Shown: one piece after another, positions 1-9,434 of the stretch
How positions within the stretch are numbered: the first letter of the stretch is position 1
Layout of the letters: each line of letters opens with the position of its first letter
NCBI GenBank assembly: GCA_031364845.1
Contig: JANLWX010000198.1
Span: 1-30,834, forward strand
Direction: 5' to 3'
DNA from: Candidatus Eiseniibacteriota bacterium
Lineage (GTDB): Bacteria > Eisenbacteria > RBG-16-71-46
Length of the DNA stretch: 30,834 bases
The notes under the pieces: generated by a model
Seen by the model: only the letters and a program-made list of their open reading frames with translations
What the model was told of the DNA's origin: nothing
Database searches by the model: none
Translations under genes and position numbers: made by a program

Positions 1-1040
1 CGGCCGATCTCCTGGTACCACGCCTCGATGCTCTTCGGCATGTCGCGGTGGATCACGAAGCGCACGTTGCTCTTGTCGATGCCCATGCCGAACGCGACGG
101 TCGCGACGATCACGTCGCATTCGTCGCGCGCGAACGCGTCCTGATTGCGCGTGCGCGCGGGCTCGGCGAGGCCCGCGTGATAGGGAAGCGCTTTCACGCC
201 GCGATCGACCAGCCACGCCGACAGCGAGTCCACCGCGCGGCGGCTCATGCAGTAGACGATGCCGCTCTCACCCTTGTGCTTGCGCACCATGCCGAGGATG
301 TCGCGGCGCGTGTCGCGCTTCGCCGCACCTTCGCCGCCCTTGCGCTGGACGGTGATGTGCAGGTTCGGCCGGAAGAACGAGCCTTTGAATCCGTCCGGCT
401 TCTGCATGCCGAGCTGGCGGATGATGTCGCCCGCCACGCGCCGCGTCGCCGTCGCCGTGAGCGCCAGCACCGGAATGTCGCCGCACTCCGACTTGAGCCC
501 CTGCAGTCGCCGGTACGCGGGCCGAAAGTCGTGACCCCAGTGGCTGATGCAATGCGCCTCGTCGACCACCACCAGGCTCGGGCGGCAATCGGCGATGATC
601 GTGCGCAACGAACCCTCGAGCCCTTCGGGGGCGACGTAGAGGATCTCGATCTCGCCGCGGCGCAGCGCGGACAGCCGGCGCTTGCGCTCCTCGAAATCGA
701 TCGACGAATTGAGCACCGTGGCCTTGTAGCCCACGCGCGTGAGCGCATCGACCTGATCCTTCATCAGCGAAATCAGCGGCGAGATCACCAGCACCGGACC
801 GTTGAGCAGCTTGGCCGGAATCTGGAACGTGATCGACTTGCCGGCGCCGGTCGGCATCACCCCGATGCAATCGCGCCCCGCGAGCACGGCGTCGATGATG
901 CGGCGCTGCCCCGGACGGAACTCGCGGTAGCCGAAGATCGTCTCGAGCACCTGCTGGGGATCGGTGAAGCGCGTGGTCGCGACCGCATCGAACAGCGTCG
1001 CGTCGCTGCCATCGTGAAACTGGGACAACGGTCCCTCCAT
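1..1040 (-). CDS. recQ: ATP-dependent DNA helicase RecQ (3' end runs off the window)
   Basis: Not in the ORF track; translated by hand from ATG at 1040. Motifs: IFGYREFRPGQ (motif 0), MPTGAGKS (Walker A), VDEAHCISHWGHDFRPAY, LTATA, GIVYC, YHAGL, ATVAFGMGIDKSNVRFVIH, WYQEIGR. Confidence 0.95.
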   Translation of the reverse strand, partial: MEGPLSQFHDGSDATLFDAVATTRFTDPQQVLETIFGYREFRPGQRRIIDAVLAGRDCIGVMPTGAGKSITFQIPAKLLNGPVLVISPLISLMKDQVDALTRVGYKATVLNSSIDFEERKRRLSALRRGEIEILYVAPEGLEGSLRTIIADCRPSLVVVDEAHCISHWGHDFRPAYRRLQGLKSECGDIPVLALTATATRRVAGDIIRQLGMQKPDGFKGSFFRPNLHITVQRKGGEGAAKRDTRRDILGMVRKHKGESGIVYCMSRRAVDSLSAWLVDRGVKALPYHAGLAEPARTRNQDAFARDECDVIVATVAFGMGIDKSNVRFVIHRDMPKSIEAWYQEIG

Positions 1041-1142
1041 GGACGTGTGGGGCGGGATGGGTGCAGGGGGCCCGGGCAAGGCAACGGGGCCGGGCTCGGA
1101 CCGAGTCTACCTCACGCAGGGAAGATGCAGTACGCGACAGGT

Positions 1143-1168
1143 TCGAGGTGGCCCCGGGGCCGCCTCGA
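1143..1168. repeat. 26-bp near-perfect palindrome in the divergent recQ / CPBP intergenic region
   Basis: TCGAGGTGGCCCC|GGGGCCGCCTCGA, one mismatch (G-U compatible). Confidence 0.8.
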
Positions 1169-1210
1169 GATGTTCCAACTCCCGGCGTCGCGCGTCCCCG
1201 CGCGGCACGG

Positions 1211-1216
1211 TATGCT
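1211..1216 (+). promoter_or_regulatory. Putative -10 box (TATGCT) of a leaderless transcript
   Basis: TATGCT lies 6 nt upstream of GTG 1223, with no Shine-Dalgarno in between. Confidence 0.55.
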
Positions 1217-1222
1217 GCGCGC

Positions 1223-2116
1223 GTGCTCACTCCGCTCGATCATGTGTTGTTCGCCATCCTCGCCGTGCTCGGCCCGGTGTGGGGCGCGACCGTAGGTTAC
1301 CGGCGCCTGACGCGCGCCGCCGCGTGCGACTTGCCGCGCGTGCGAAGTTCGGTATACCGCGCCGCGATCGTGATGCAGTGGTCGCTCACCGCCGTGACAC
1401 TCGGGTTGTGGCTCGGGACCGGGCGCGCGTGGTCCATGCTCGGCGTCGTACCGCAATGGACGTGGGGCCTCGGCGGCACCGCACTCGGTGCGGCGATCGT
1501 CATCGTGTTCGTCGTGCGCCAGCGCAATGAGGCCCTCGCGGACGACGAAGCGCTCGGGGAAGTGCGCGAGCGCATGCGCCATATCGAACCGATGCTGCCG
1601 CGCACGCCTGCCGAGATGCGCACGTTCGTCACACTCGCGTTCACGGCCGGCATCTGCGAGGAGTTGCTGTATCGCGGTTTCATGACGTTCTATGTTTCGC
1701 GCTTCACGAATCTGCTTACGGCCGCGCTGATCGTGTCGGTGATCTTCGGCATCGGCCACATCTATCAAGGCCGGCGCGGCGTGCTGCTCACGGCGTTCGC
1801 GGGCGCGTTCTTCGCCGCCGTGTACATGATCTCGGGATCATTGCTCGTCCCGATGCTGCTGCACGTGTTGATGGACCTCCACTCGGGACACCTGGCGCAT
1901 GTCGCGCTGCGGCGCGCGGACGAACTGGAACTCGAACGTCAGCGTCAATGGGAGGAACAGCGCCGCGAGTGGGAGGCCGATGCCGCGGCCGCAGCGGCAA
2001 TCCGCGACGAGGCTATCCGAGCAAACCGTTCTTCTGTCGAACTTCAGAATTCCGGCGGGCCGGAAATCGAACCGGACATCGGCGGCGACGCCATCAATGA
2101 GGAGCGCCCCGCATGA
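1223..2116 (+). CDS. CPBP (CAAX/Abi) family intramembrane glutamic endopeptidase
   Basis: Multiple TM segments; motifs AGICEELLYRGF (EExxxR), FGIGH (FxxxH), LHVLMD (HxxxD/N). Start moved from 1061 to GTG 1223, where hydrophobic sequence begins. Confidence 0.9.
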   Translation: MLTPLDHVLFAILAVLGPVWGATVGYRRLTRAAACDLPRVRSSVYRAAIVMQWSLTAVTLGLWLGTGRAWSMLGVVPQWTWGLGGTALGAAIVIVFVVRQRNEALADDEALGEVRERMRHIEPMLPRTPAEMRTFVTLAFTAGICEELLYRGFMTFYVSRFTNLLTAALIVSVIFGIGHIYQGRRGVLLTAFAGAFFAAVYMISGSLLVPMLLHVLMDLHSGHLAHVALRRADELELERQRQWEEQRREWEADAAAAAAIRDEAIRANRSSVELQNSGGPEIEPDIGGDAINEERPA

Positions 2117-3240
2117 CTCAGGTCCACGACGTCGCCGTACTCGGGCTCGGAGCAATGGGAAGTGCGGCACTGCGCCATCTCGCGCGGGCGGGCCTGAACG
2201 TCGCCGGCATCGAACGCTTCGAGAGTCCGCACGCGCACGGCTCCTCGCACGGCGGCAGCCGCATCATCCGCGAAGCCTATTTCGAGGATCCGCGCTACGT
2301 GCCGCTCGTGCAACGGGCCTACGACGAGTGGGCAGCGCTCGAGCGCGACACCGGCCGCTCGCTCACGCTGACGACCGGCGGCGTCATGATCGGCTCGCGC
2401 GGCGGCGTGCTCGTCGCGGGCGCGATCGCGAGCGCGGAGGCGCACGCGCTGCCGTACGAGCTGCTCGACGCCACCGCGCTGCACGATCGGTTCCCGGCCT
2501 TTCGCCCGGCATCGCACATGGTCGGCGTGTGGGAGCCGCGTGCCGGCGTACTGTTTCCCGAAGAGTGCATCGCGGCTCATCTCGAGGCCGCGGCGCGCGC
2601 GGGCGCGTCGATCGAAACGAACGCCGGCGTCACATCGTGGCGCGCGACCGGCGGCGAAGTCGAGATCACGACCGACCGTGGCATCACGCGTGCGCGCCAG
2701 CTCGTGCTCGCGACCGGCGCGTGGCTCGGGAGCCACTTATCCGCTTCGTGCCTGCCGATCACCATCGAACGTGTCGTACAAGCGTGGTTCGAACCTGTGC
2801 GCACGGAGAACCTCGCACCCGAGCGTTGTCCGATCACGATCTGGGAATACGAAGAGAACCTGTTCTTCTATGCGTTCCCGCTGCTGAACGGAGCGGTAAA
2901 GGCCGCATTGCATCATCAGGGTGAAGCGACCGATCCCGATCGCGTGCGGCGTGACGTCGCTGCGGAGGAGATCGAACGCATCCGCGATCCTCTGAGCCGC
3001 CACATGCCGGATGCCGCGGGCCGCTGGCTCGATGCAAAGACCTGCATGTACACGAACACGCCCGATGAGCACTTCGTGCTCGATCGCCATCCGGATCATC
3101 CCGAAGTGCTGATCGTGAGCGCGTGTTCGGGACATGGCTTCAAGTTCGCGAGCGCGATCGGCGCGGTGATCGCGGAACTCGTGCGCGACGGGAAGACCAG
3201 CGCGGACATCGGGCTGTTCGAGTTGTCGCGCTTCCGCTGA
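2113..3240 (+). CDS. solA: N-methyl-L-tryptophan oxidase / monomeric sarcosine oxidase family flavoprotein
   Basis: GLGAMGSA FAD motif, GSSHGGSRIIREAY, CMYTNTPDEHF (covalent-FAD Cys position), CSGHGFKF; ATGA overlap with the upstream gene. Confidence 0.9.
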   Translation: MTQVHDVAVLGLGAMGSAALRHLARAGLNVAGIERFESPHAHGSSHGGSRIIREAYFEDPRYVPLVQRAYDEWAALERDTGRSLTLTTGGVMIGSRGGVLVAGAIASAEAHALPYELLDATALHDRFPAFRPASHMVGVWEPRAGVLFPEECIAAHLEAAARAGASIETNAGVTSWRATGGEVEITTDRGITRARQLVLATGAWLGSHLSASCLPITIERVVQAWFEPVRTENLAPERCPITIWEYEENLFFYAFPLLNGAVKAALHHQGEATDPDRVRRDVAAEEIERIRDPLSRHMPDAAGRWLDAKTCMYTNTPDEHFVLDRHPDHPEVLIVSACSGHGFKFASAIGAVIAELVRDGKTSADIGLFELSRFR

Positions 3241-3255
3241 AGTGGCTTTCCCGCC

Positions 3256-4113
3256 TCAGCGGGCGCGGGCAGTCTTCCGGTACGGCTCGCTGATCTCGTA
3301 TGCGCGGCGTTCCAGTTTCAGTGCCGCCTCGGTCGCGTCCTTCATGGCCTGCGGGCTCAATTTCAGCACGTTCATGAGAACCAGGTTCTCGCCGTCCGGT
3401 GCGTTTACCGATTCGATGCGAACCGCGCCCACGCCGCTTGCGTAGTACTTGCGCTGCACGCCCAGCTCAGACGGACTCGTCTCGTCGATCACGGCGAGGT
3501 TCTCGTAGCAATTGAAGGGAACGCACGTCGACTGGCCCGTGTTCGCGACCCGGGCGCAATCGAGGAAATCGATGTAGGGCGCGAATCCCTGAAGGAATTT
3601 GGTTCCGACTTCCATTTTCCCGGGGACCAGGATGCCTGCCTCCGCGAGTTCCTCGTTGGTGATCCACGTACTGGGAGCACCGATGAACTCTCCGCCCTGA
3701 AACTCCTCAGGATACTCGCCGATGGTCCAGACATTTCCGTACCGGTCCTGAGCCATGAACGTGAGCTCCGACTCGAGGAGCTGTCCGTTGCTGTAGTCTC
3801 GGTCCCAGATGACCACGGTGCGCACACCCGCGATGATCTTCGTCAGCCCGGTGACGGTGAGCACCACGCGATGAGGCTCCAAGTCCGCCTGCCCGTCGTA
3901 GATCATCTGCGATCCCGGAACCAGCGGAAACCACGTGTTGTCGATCCTTGTCGGATCGGGAAAATTGATTCGATGGAAGACGTTGTGTCCACCGCATTCC
4001 ACGAGCCCGGACGTATGCACCTCGGGAGGTGTCGTGGGCCCGCGCGAACTCTTGTCGCACCCGAGCCCCAGCACGGCAGTGATCCCCAACAGGAAGAGCC
4101 AACCCAAGCGCAT
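3256..4113 (-). CDS. Hypothetical lipoprotein
   Basis: ATG 4113 preceded by GGGAGG; signal peptide MRLGWLFLLGITAVLGLG-C with lipobox; beta-rich body (IDNTWFPLVPG, AQDRYGNVWTIGE). The ORF-track extension to 4512 overlaps the next gene and is unlikely. Confidence 0.8.
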   Translation of the reverse strand: MRLGWLFLLGITAVLGLGCDKSSRGPTTPPEVHTSGLVECGGHNVFHRINFPDPTRIDNTWFPLVPGSQMIYDGQADLEPHRVVLTVTGLTKIIAGVRTVVIWDRDYSNGQLLESELTFMAQDRYGNVWTIGEYPEEFQGGEFIGAPSTWITNEELAEAGILVPGKMEVGTKFLQGFAPYIDFLDCARVANTGQSTCVPFNCYENLAVIDETSPSELGVQRKYYASGVGAVRIESVNAPDGENLVLMNVLKLSPQAMKDATEAALKLERRAYEISEPYRKTARAR

Positions 4114-4396
4114 TACATCCTCCCGCATGCCGGGTGTCCGAGTAGCCGTTACGCGAGAAACGTGCCGCGCGCCAGCTCGATCTTGCTCTGATTTCTTCAT
4201 AACGAGGGTTGAGGACCCGGTACGACCGCAGGCCGAGAGTTGGGTGAAATCTCCAAAGTGAAGCTCATGATAACCCAAACCATTTGAAGCAGACGAAAAC
4301 CTTGATGCATTCGCAACGGCTCCACTAAACTTTGTCGTGATGAACCATTCCACGGTTGTGCCGCGTTCAAACTCCAGAGGACTGGTGGACCCTGCC

Positions 4397-6088
4397 ATGC
4401 ATCCTAGAACTTCAACTCTTGGCATCGCTCTCATGTGTTGCCTTGCCACCGCGGCCGTCGTCGGTGACGCGTGGTCGCAGCCGGGTTCGGTGTTGTCGGT
4501 GTCGAAGATCAACAGTGATGATCTCGACGCCGTCGGCCTGCCGCTCGACGATGCCGATGAGTTTGGCGACTCCGTCGCCAGTCTCGGCGACCTCGATGGT
4601 GCAGGGCCGAGTGTGGTGGCACTCGCGGTCGGCGCGGTCGGCGACGACGATGGCGGCAGCCACTATGGCGCGGTGTACATCCTGTTCCTCGACGCGACGG
4701 GTGGCGTGCTCTCCTATCAGAAGATCAGCAGCACACTGGGAAATTTCACCGGACAGCTCGCGATCGATGACGAGTTCGGCGGCGCATTGGCCAATCTCGG
4801 AGATCTCGATGGAGCGGGGCCGAGTGTCCGGGCGCTCGCGGTCGGTGCCATCGGCGACGACGATGGCGGGGTCGATGCGGGGGCGGTGTACATCCTGTTC
4901 CTGAACAGTGCCGGAAGTGTGATGTCCTATCAGAAGATCAGCGACACCCAGGGAGGGCTCACGGGTGGACCACTCGATCAACTCGATGAGTTCGGCGGCG
5001 CAGTGGCAGGACTCGGCGATCTCGACGGCGCCGGCCTCAGCGTGGGCGCTCTCGCGGTCGGTTGCATCGGAGACGACGATGGAGGCCCGCAGCGTGGCGC
5101 AACGTACGTTCTCTTCTTGAACGCCAACGGAACCGTGCGCTCGCGCCAGAAGATCAGCGACCTGCAGGGCAACTTCACCGCGATCATCGACGACAACGAC
5201 AACTTCGCCGAGGACCTCACCAGCCTCGGGGATCTCGACGGTCCCGGACCCGGCGCGATCGCGCTCGTCGCCTCTGCGGTGGACGATGACGATGGCGGTC
5301 GCGATCGCGGCGCGGTGTACGTGATGTTCCTCTCGAGCACGGGTACCGTGCTTTCCCATCAGAAGATCAGCAGCACGGTGGGCAACTTCACCGGAACGCT
5401 CGCTGAGTCGGACAATTTCGGCGCCGCGGTGATCGGGCTCGGAGACATCGACGGAAGCGGTCCGAGCGTCGCGGGACTTGCGGTGGGCGCTGGAAGTGAC
5501 GATGGCGCGGGCCTCAATCGCGGCGCCGTGCACATCCTGCTCTTGAACGCTGCGGGCACCGTTCTTTCCTCCCAGGAAGTCAGCAGCATTTCCGGAAACC
5601 TGGGAGGGGTGCTCGATGACCTGGACGAATTTGGCTCTGCGCTCGCAGCGCTCGGTGATCTCGACGGCAACGGGGCCGGGCCGCAGTTCCTTGCTTCGGC
5701 GTCGAGCATGGATGACGACGGGGGGCTGGACCGCGGCGCGGTCTACGTACTGAAGCTGGCCGGAAACGTGTCGGTCGCAGTTGACGATGCTCCCGGCGGC
5801 ACGATCTTGAACGGCCTCAGTCTCGCTCGACCCAATCCGTTCAGGGGCGCCACCACGATTCCGTTCCGCATCAACGAAGCCTGCAACGTGCGCATCGACA
5901 TCATGGACGAAAGAGGCCGGCTCGTTCGCGAACTGGTCACCGGTCACATGACTCCGGGAGAGCACCGTGTGGTGTGGAACGGAGCCGACGATTCGGGCCG
6001 GCTGATGGCGCCGGGTTCGTACTTCATGCGGATGTCGGTGAACGGCCGGTCGCTCAACACCGGAGCGAAGGCCGTGCTCCTGCGCTAG
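4397..6088 (+). CDS. Secreted FG-GAP/integrin-alpha-like repeat protein with C-terminal FlgD-Ig-like (T9SS-sorting-like) domain
   Basis: Signal peptide from ATG 4397; six repeats of the form DEFG..V..LGDLDG...LAVGA..DDDGG...GAVY(I/V)LFL; C-terminus ARPNPFRGATTIPF...GRLVREL...VVWNGADDSGRLMAPGSYF. Confidence 0.88.
   Translation: MHPRTSTLGIALMCCLATAAVVGDAWSQPGSVLSVSKINSDDLDAVGLPLDDADEFGDSVASLGDLDGAGPSVVALAVGAVGDDDGGSHYGAVYILFLDATGGVLSYQKISSTLGNFTGQLAIDDEFGGALANLGDLDGAGPSVRALAVGAIGDDDGGVDAGAVYILFLNSAGSVMSYQKISDTQGGLTGGPLDQLDEFGGAVAGLGDLDGAGLSVGALAVGCIGDDDGGPQRGATYVLFLNANGTVRSRQKISDLQGNFTAIIDDNDNFAEDLTSLGDLDGPGPGAIALVASAVDDDDGGRDRGAVYVMFLSSTGTVLSHQKISSTVGNFTGTLAESDNFGAAVIGLGDIDGSGPSVAGLAVGAGSDDGAGLNRGAVHILLLNAAGTVLSSQEVSSISGNLGGVLDDLDEFGSALAALGDLDGNGAGPQFLASASSMDDDGGLDRGAVYVLKLAGNVSVAVDDAPGGTILNGLSLARPNPFRGATTIPFRINEACNVRIDIMDERGRLVRELVTGHMTPGEHRVVWNGADDSGRLMAPGSYFMRMSVNGRSLNTGAKAVLLR
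4556..5760 (+). repeat. Six intragenic tandem repeats of about 213 bp (71 aa)
   Basis: D-[E/N]-F units start at 4556, 4769, 4985, 5198, 5411 and 5624 (spacing 213, 216, 213, 213, 213); the last unit is shorter. Confidence 0.9.
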
Positions 6089-6114
6089 CCTCGATTCCAT
6101 CGCATCACCCCGCA

Positions 6115-6149
6115 AGCGCCTCCTGACACCGGGGGGCGCTGGTTTGTTT
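6115..6149 (+). terminator. Probable intrinsic terminator
   Basis: Stem AGCGCCTCCTG / CGGGGGGCGCT (11 bp including G-U pairs), loop ACAC, then GGTTTGTTT, just after the stop at 6088. Confidence 0.7.
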
Positions 6150-6262
6150 GAACGCCACGTCGGGCATGCGAACACGCGACGATCGCTTGGCGCGGCCTGT
6201 AACCGGCGATACCTTGTGTCCCGTGTCGCGCCGGTTCGCAACCACCTTCCGGAGGTCCACCC

Positions 6263-6799
6263 GTGATCGCTCGCATGATGAAACTCGCCACCGGCTTCAC
6301 GCTCGCGCTTCTGGTCGCCGCGTGCTCGCGGGATTCGGGCGCCACGAAGAAGACCCCGCCACCGGTCGTGGCCATCGATACACTCGCGCTGCGCAATGCC
6401 ACCTACCTCAGCGATTACGCGCCCGAGGGCAGCGTGACGCTGAACGACGGAGCGTACGTGGATTCGGTGAACATGATGTCCGTACGTATCGTGAACCGTC
6501 TCGACGGCGACCTGAACGGTGACGGTTCCCAGGATGCGGCGGTGTTCCTCACCACGAACGCCGGGGCCGGCAGCGTGTTCCTCGATCTGGTCGCGATGCT
6601 GAGCGACGGCGGAGTTCCGCGCTTCGTGGGCAAGGTCGCGCTCGGCGATCGCGTCGGACTCGATTCGCTCTACATGGAACAGCGCGACATCGTGGTCCAC
6701 CTCACGACTCACGCGCCCGAGGATCCGCTGTGCTGCCCGACCCAGAAGGTCGTGCGCCGCTACACGGTCGACGGCGGGCGCCTCATCGAGGCGGAGTAG
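6263..6799 (+). CDS. Hypothetical lipoprotein (DxxDG loop; C-terminal DPxCCP motif as in LppP/LprE-like lipoproteins)
   Basis: GGAGG upstream of GTG; lipobox LVAA-C; GDLNGDGSQD; EDPLCCPT. Confidence 0.8.
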   Translation: MIARMMKLATGFTLALLVAACSRDSGATKKTPPPVVAIDTLALRNATYLSDYAPEGSVTLNDGAYVDSVNMMSVRIVNRLDGDLNGDGSQDAAVFLTTNAGAGSVFLDLVAMLSDGGVPRFVGKVALGDRVGLDSLYMEQRDIVVHLTTHAPEDPLCCPTQKVVRRYTVDGGRLIEAE

Positions 6800-6832
6800 C
6801 ACGCGGCCGATGATGGCGGGTCCGGGACGATC

Positions 6833-8216
6833 GTGAGCCGGGAGCTTCCGCGCGGCGTCACGGGACCCATCGGCGGCGAGTTGATGCGACTCGTGGTGCC
6901 GGTGTTCTTTTCGTACCTCCTGCGGATCGCCTATCAGTGGGTCGATGCGCTGTGGGTCCGCGGACTCGGAGTCGAGGCCACCGCCGCCGTCACGACCTCG
7001 GTGTTCGTGATGTGGTCGGTGTACTCGATCAACGACATCGTCGGCCTCGGCGTCGCCGCCTACGTGAGCCAGTTGCTCGGCGCCGGCGAACGGGCGCGCG
7101 CCGGCGTTGCGGCCTATCAGGGACTGCGGGCTTCCGCGCTGCTCGGGCTGCTGGGAACGCTGGCCGGATGCTTCGGCGTGCGCCACATTTATCAGTTGAT
7201 GAACGCCGATCCCGGTGTCGTCACTCAGGGCGTGAGCTATCTCTCGGTGCTTCTGATGTTCGCGCCGGTTCCGATGATGGCGATCACGGCCGAGACCGTG
7301 ATGCGCTCCGCCGGCGACACGCGCACGCCGCTGATCATCGATCTGTTCGCCATCGGTCTCAACGCCGCGCTCGATCCGCTCCTGATCTACGGCTGGGGAC
7401 CGATTCCCCGCATGGGCGTTGCGGGTGCGGCGTGGGCGACCGTCATCGCGCAGTTCGTGCTGGTCGCGTGCTACTTCACGCTTGCCGCGCGCGGCCATCG
7501 CGCGTTCCCGTTCGCGCGCCGTGCGCCCGGGCCGCCGATCCGCATCGTGGGCATGGCGCGCGTCGGAGCGCCGGGAGCGATCATTGGCGTGCTGTTCTCG
7601 GTCGTCTACATCGCGTTCGCGCGCGCCGCGGGCGCGTTCGGCCCGGCAGCACTCGCCGTGGTCGGGATCGCCAATCGCATCGAGGCGCTGCACTTCGTGG
7701 GCTCGGTGTCGCTCGGCTCCGCGGCCGCATCACTCGTGGGTCAGAACCTCGGAGCGCGGCGCCCCGAGCGCGCGATCGCGACGATCCTCACCGCCAACCG
7801 CTGGAACCTGTGGTCTTCGGGCATTCTATTGGTCGCGTTCTTCGCGGTGCCCGGAGTGTTCCTGAACTTCTTCTCGCGCGATCCCGAAGTGCACCGGATC
7901 GGCAGTGAGTATCTGAGGGTGCTGAGCTTGTGCCTGCCGTTCGTCGGGATCGAGATCGTCACCGCCGAAGCCATCATCGGCTCCGGACACACGCGGGCGA
8001 TTTCTGCGATCTTCACCACGTTCTCGCTGCTGCGCATTCCGCTCGCGTTCTTCGTACCCGCGTGGACCGGACTCGGCGTGATCGGGATCGCGTGGCTGAT
8101 CACCGTGACCGCCGCGGCGCGATCCATGGATCATCGTGGCGTGGGCGGTGCGGCGGACGTGGCTCTCGGGACTGTCGAAGGAGCTCGCGGAAGGAGCGCC
8201 GGAAATTGTCCGCTAG
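6833..8216 (+). CDS. MATE family efflux transporter, apparent +1 frameshift near the 3' end
   Basis: MATE motifs (VDALWVRGLG, MRSAGDTRTPL, LDPLLIYG..PRMGVAGAAWAT, VGQNLGA). Removing one G at 8128-8129 gives ...ARSMIIVAWAVRRTWLSGLSKELAEGAPEIVR* ending at TAG 8214-8216, which restores the last TM helix. Confidence 0.88.
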
Positions 8217-8746
8217 TGTTTCCCATCCGAACGCGGCGCGAGCAGCTTTTCGATCCACGCGAGGAACACCGCCGAACCGACGAACGTCAGGTGGATCATC
8301 ACCTGCCAGAACACCATCCGCTCGCTGTGCTGCTCCACGTTGATGAACGTCTTGAGCAGATGGATGGAGGAGATCCCGATCAGCGCCGTCGCGAGCTTCA
8401 CCTTGAGGACGCCGGCGTTTACGTGCGACAGCCACTCGGGCTGGTCGGGATGATCCTCGAGATTCAGCCGCGATACGAACGTCTCGTAACCCCCGATGAT
8501 CACCATGATCAGAAGGTTGGCGATCATCACGACGTCGATCAGCCCCAGCACGCTCAGCATGATCTCGGTCTCTTCGATGTGCGAAGCATGCCGGATCAGA
8601 TGGCCGAGTTCGACCATGAAGCGGTACACATAGACGCCTTGAGCGACGATGAGGCCAAGATAGAGCGGGGCCTGCAGCCAGCGGCTCAAGAAGATGAAGC
8701 TGCCAAGAGTCTTGACGCGACGGGTGTTCTGAGGATTGGCTTGCAT
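8213..8746 (-). CDS. yqhA: TIGR00645 / UPF0114 (YqhA) family membrane protein
   Basis: SRWLQAPLYLGLI, LIDVVMIANLLIMVIIGGYETFVSRL, LKVKLATALIGISSIHLLKTF. Start taken as ATG 8746; TTG 8767 is possible. Confidence 0.92.
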   Translation of the reverse strand: MQANPQNTRRVKTLGSFIFLSRWLQAPLYLGLIVAQGVYVYRFMVELGHLIRHASHIEETEIMLSVLGLIDVVMIANLLIMVIIGGYETFVSRLNLEDHPDQPEWLSHVNAGVLKVKLATALIGISSIHLLKTFINVEQHSERMVFWQVMIHLTFVGSAVFLAWIEKLLAPRSDGKH

Positions 8747-8811
8747 GGTGGCGTGCAGACTAATCAAGCAGCCGCGCTGTTGCCAACCACACGAGAACCG
8801 GAGGACCCACG

Positions 8812-9384
8812 ATGGGCAAGGTTTTTCCTGAGCTCGATGAGCCGCTGAGTGCGTGGATCCGGGCGCAGCGGATGTTCATCGTCGCCACCGCGCCGAGCGG
8901 ATCGAAAGGTCACATCAACTGTTCGCCCAAAGGCCTCGACACGCTCCGGGTTCTCGGACCCACGTCGATCGCGTATCTCGACTACGTCGGCAGCGGCGTC
9001 GAGACGATCGCCCACGTTCGCGAGAACGGACGCATCCTGATCACGTTCTGCGCGTTCGAAGGCGCGCCGAAGATCGTGCGGATCCACGGGCGCGGATCGG
9101 TCGTCGAGCCGCAGGATCCGGAGTTTGCGGAGCTGATCGCGAAGTTCGATCCGGGCGCCGGCGTGCGCGCCATCGTGCGGATCGAGGCGACACGCATCAG
9201 CGATTCGTGCGGTTTCGGAGTTCCGAAGTTCCAGTACGAAGGCGAGCGCACCCAACTGATCGCGTCCGCAGAGCGCAAAGGTGACACGCTCATCGACTAC
9301 CAGCGGCAGAAGAACCGCAGCAGCATCGACGGCCTGCCGGGGCTGCGGTGGGTCGAGCGCGAGGAGACCGCTCCCGGGGCGTAG
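8812..9384 (+). CDS. Pyridoxamine 5'-phosphate oxidase-like FMN-binding protein
   Basis: GGAGG SD; FIVATAP..GHINCSPKG, YLDYVGSGVETIAHVRENGRILITFCAFEG.P, SCGFGVP, SIDGLP. Confidence 0.88.
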   Translation: MGKVFPELDEPLSAWIRAQRMFIVATAPSGSKGHINCSPKGLDTLRVLGPTSIAYLDYVGSGVETIAHVRENGRILITFCAFEGAPKIVRIHGRGSVVEPQDPEFAELIAKFDPGAGVRAIVRIEATRISDSCGFGVPKFQYEGERTQLIASAERKGDTLIDYQRQKNRSSIDGLPGLRWVEREETAPGA

Positions 9385-9434
9385 CGGTTTGGAGTCGCGG
9401 CCGACCTCGCGCCGCTTCATTCAACGGAGGAACA

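Noticed and set aside
48..1295. 415-aa plus-strand ORF
   Set aside because: Antisense shadow of recQ, whose motifs are clear on the minus strand.
4556..5760. Regular repeats as a possible CRISPR array or non-coding repeat array
   Set aside because: The period is 213-216 bp, in frame, degenerate at third codon positions and encodes FG-GAP units; no spacers or cas genes.
4412..7693. 1093-aa minus-strand ORF
   Set aside because: Antisense shadow of three well-supported plus-strand genes; no motifs; expected in high-GC DNA.
6833..8848. 671-aa MATE 'fusion' protein
   Set aside because: The extension is the antisense of yqhA, reached through a one-base frameshift at 8128-8129.
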